Part shown: positions 63,551-64,000 of the stretch, piece by piece
Layout of the letters: every line of letters begins with the position of its first letter
Position numbering within the stretch: position 1 is the stretch's first letter
Position numbers and translations under genes: made by a program
The notes under the pieces: model-generated
What the model saw: only the letters and a program-made list of their open reading frames with translations
Database searches by the model: none
Told to the model about the DNA's origin: nothing
Origin: Pavona decussata
Taxonomy: Eukaryota
Direction: 5' to 3'
DNA: 64,000 nucleotides
Assembly: GCA_977016875.1 (NCBI GenBank)
Contig: CDRNST010000005.1
Location: 248,001 to 312,000 of the forward strand

Positions 63551-63965
63551 ATGAAGACTTCTGTGTTGCTCCGTTTTGGCCTGGTCGCGCTATTGTTGTT
63601 TTCTCTTGTAAAGAACTCAGAAGAATTCAGCAGAGGGCGACGATCATGGAAAGAGCGACGGTGGACGCGAAGAAAGGTCCCCGCGAACCACAAGAGACCC
63701 AACAATGCTTTAATTAATGGTAAGTGCAAACATGTCCAAGGTTATATCAATTGAATGTTATTGGTGAAAATCATCAATTTACACGAACATGAAGAAGATA
63801 ACAATTATTAAGGCGTAAATTATCTTTGCAGCAAACTTTGGAGATAATCCAAGGTATAATCCACGGTACTTACCTATCTTATAACTGTACCTGTTTATTT
63901 TTACAGACAAATTGGATGGACAGACCACTGCGCAGGAATCAGAAAGGAAAAATGCCTTACTATAA
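63551..63965 (+). CDS. Small secreted peptide precursor B (75 aa), probable paralogue of A; join(63551-63719, 63907-63965)
   Basis: MKTSVLLRFGLVALLLFSLVKNSEE|FSRGRRSWKERRWTRRKVPANHKRPNNALIN-D-KLDGQTTAQESERKNALL*. Acceptor ctccag 63538, donor G|GTAAGT, acceptor tttacag 63906. Confidence 0.68.
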
Positions 63966-64000
63966 ATGCAAAAGACAAACTGCAAACTGAGTCTGACTAC

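Overview
Eukaryotic, AT-rich, intron- and repeat-rich genomic DNA. It is cnidarian, most likely a stony coral; this is inferred from the GLWamide precursor and the repeat families. Supported genes: (1) the first coding exon of a tandem Cys/His-rich DC1/ZZ-like zinc-finger protein on the minus strand, running off the left edge, with a YY1/kB/CRE-rich putative promoter near 5 kb; (2) a complete 8-coding-exon anion-type Cys-loop ligand-gated ion channel (GABA-A/glycine/GluCl-like, 432 aa, minus, 8447-17129), assembled by hand from GT-AG junctions; (3) a GLWamide neuropeptide precursor (minus, 23290-24015); (4) two apparently paralogous small secreted Arg/Trp-rich peptide genes (plus, 47105-49089 and 63551-63965). 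The rest is transposon debris: CRE-like RLE retroposon ends sitting in (ATT)n, a CR1/L2-like LINE split by a TTAA-flanked Kolobok-like element, Tx1/L1 and RTE relics, many MITEs, tRNA-derived SINEs and minisatellites. The most striking non-coding structure is a tandem 183-nt foldback at 28.8-29.2 kb carrying U3:A8-variant minimal hammerhead ribozyme motifs on both strands, which resembles Penelope/retrozyme or viroid-like RNAs. Most short ORFs in the supplied track are spurious. All coordinates were read by hand; no searches were run.
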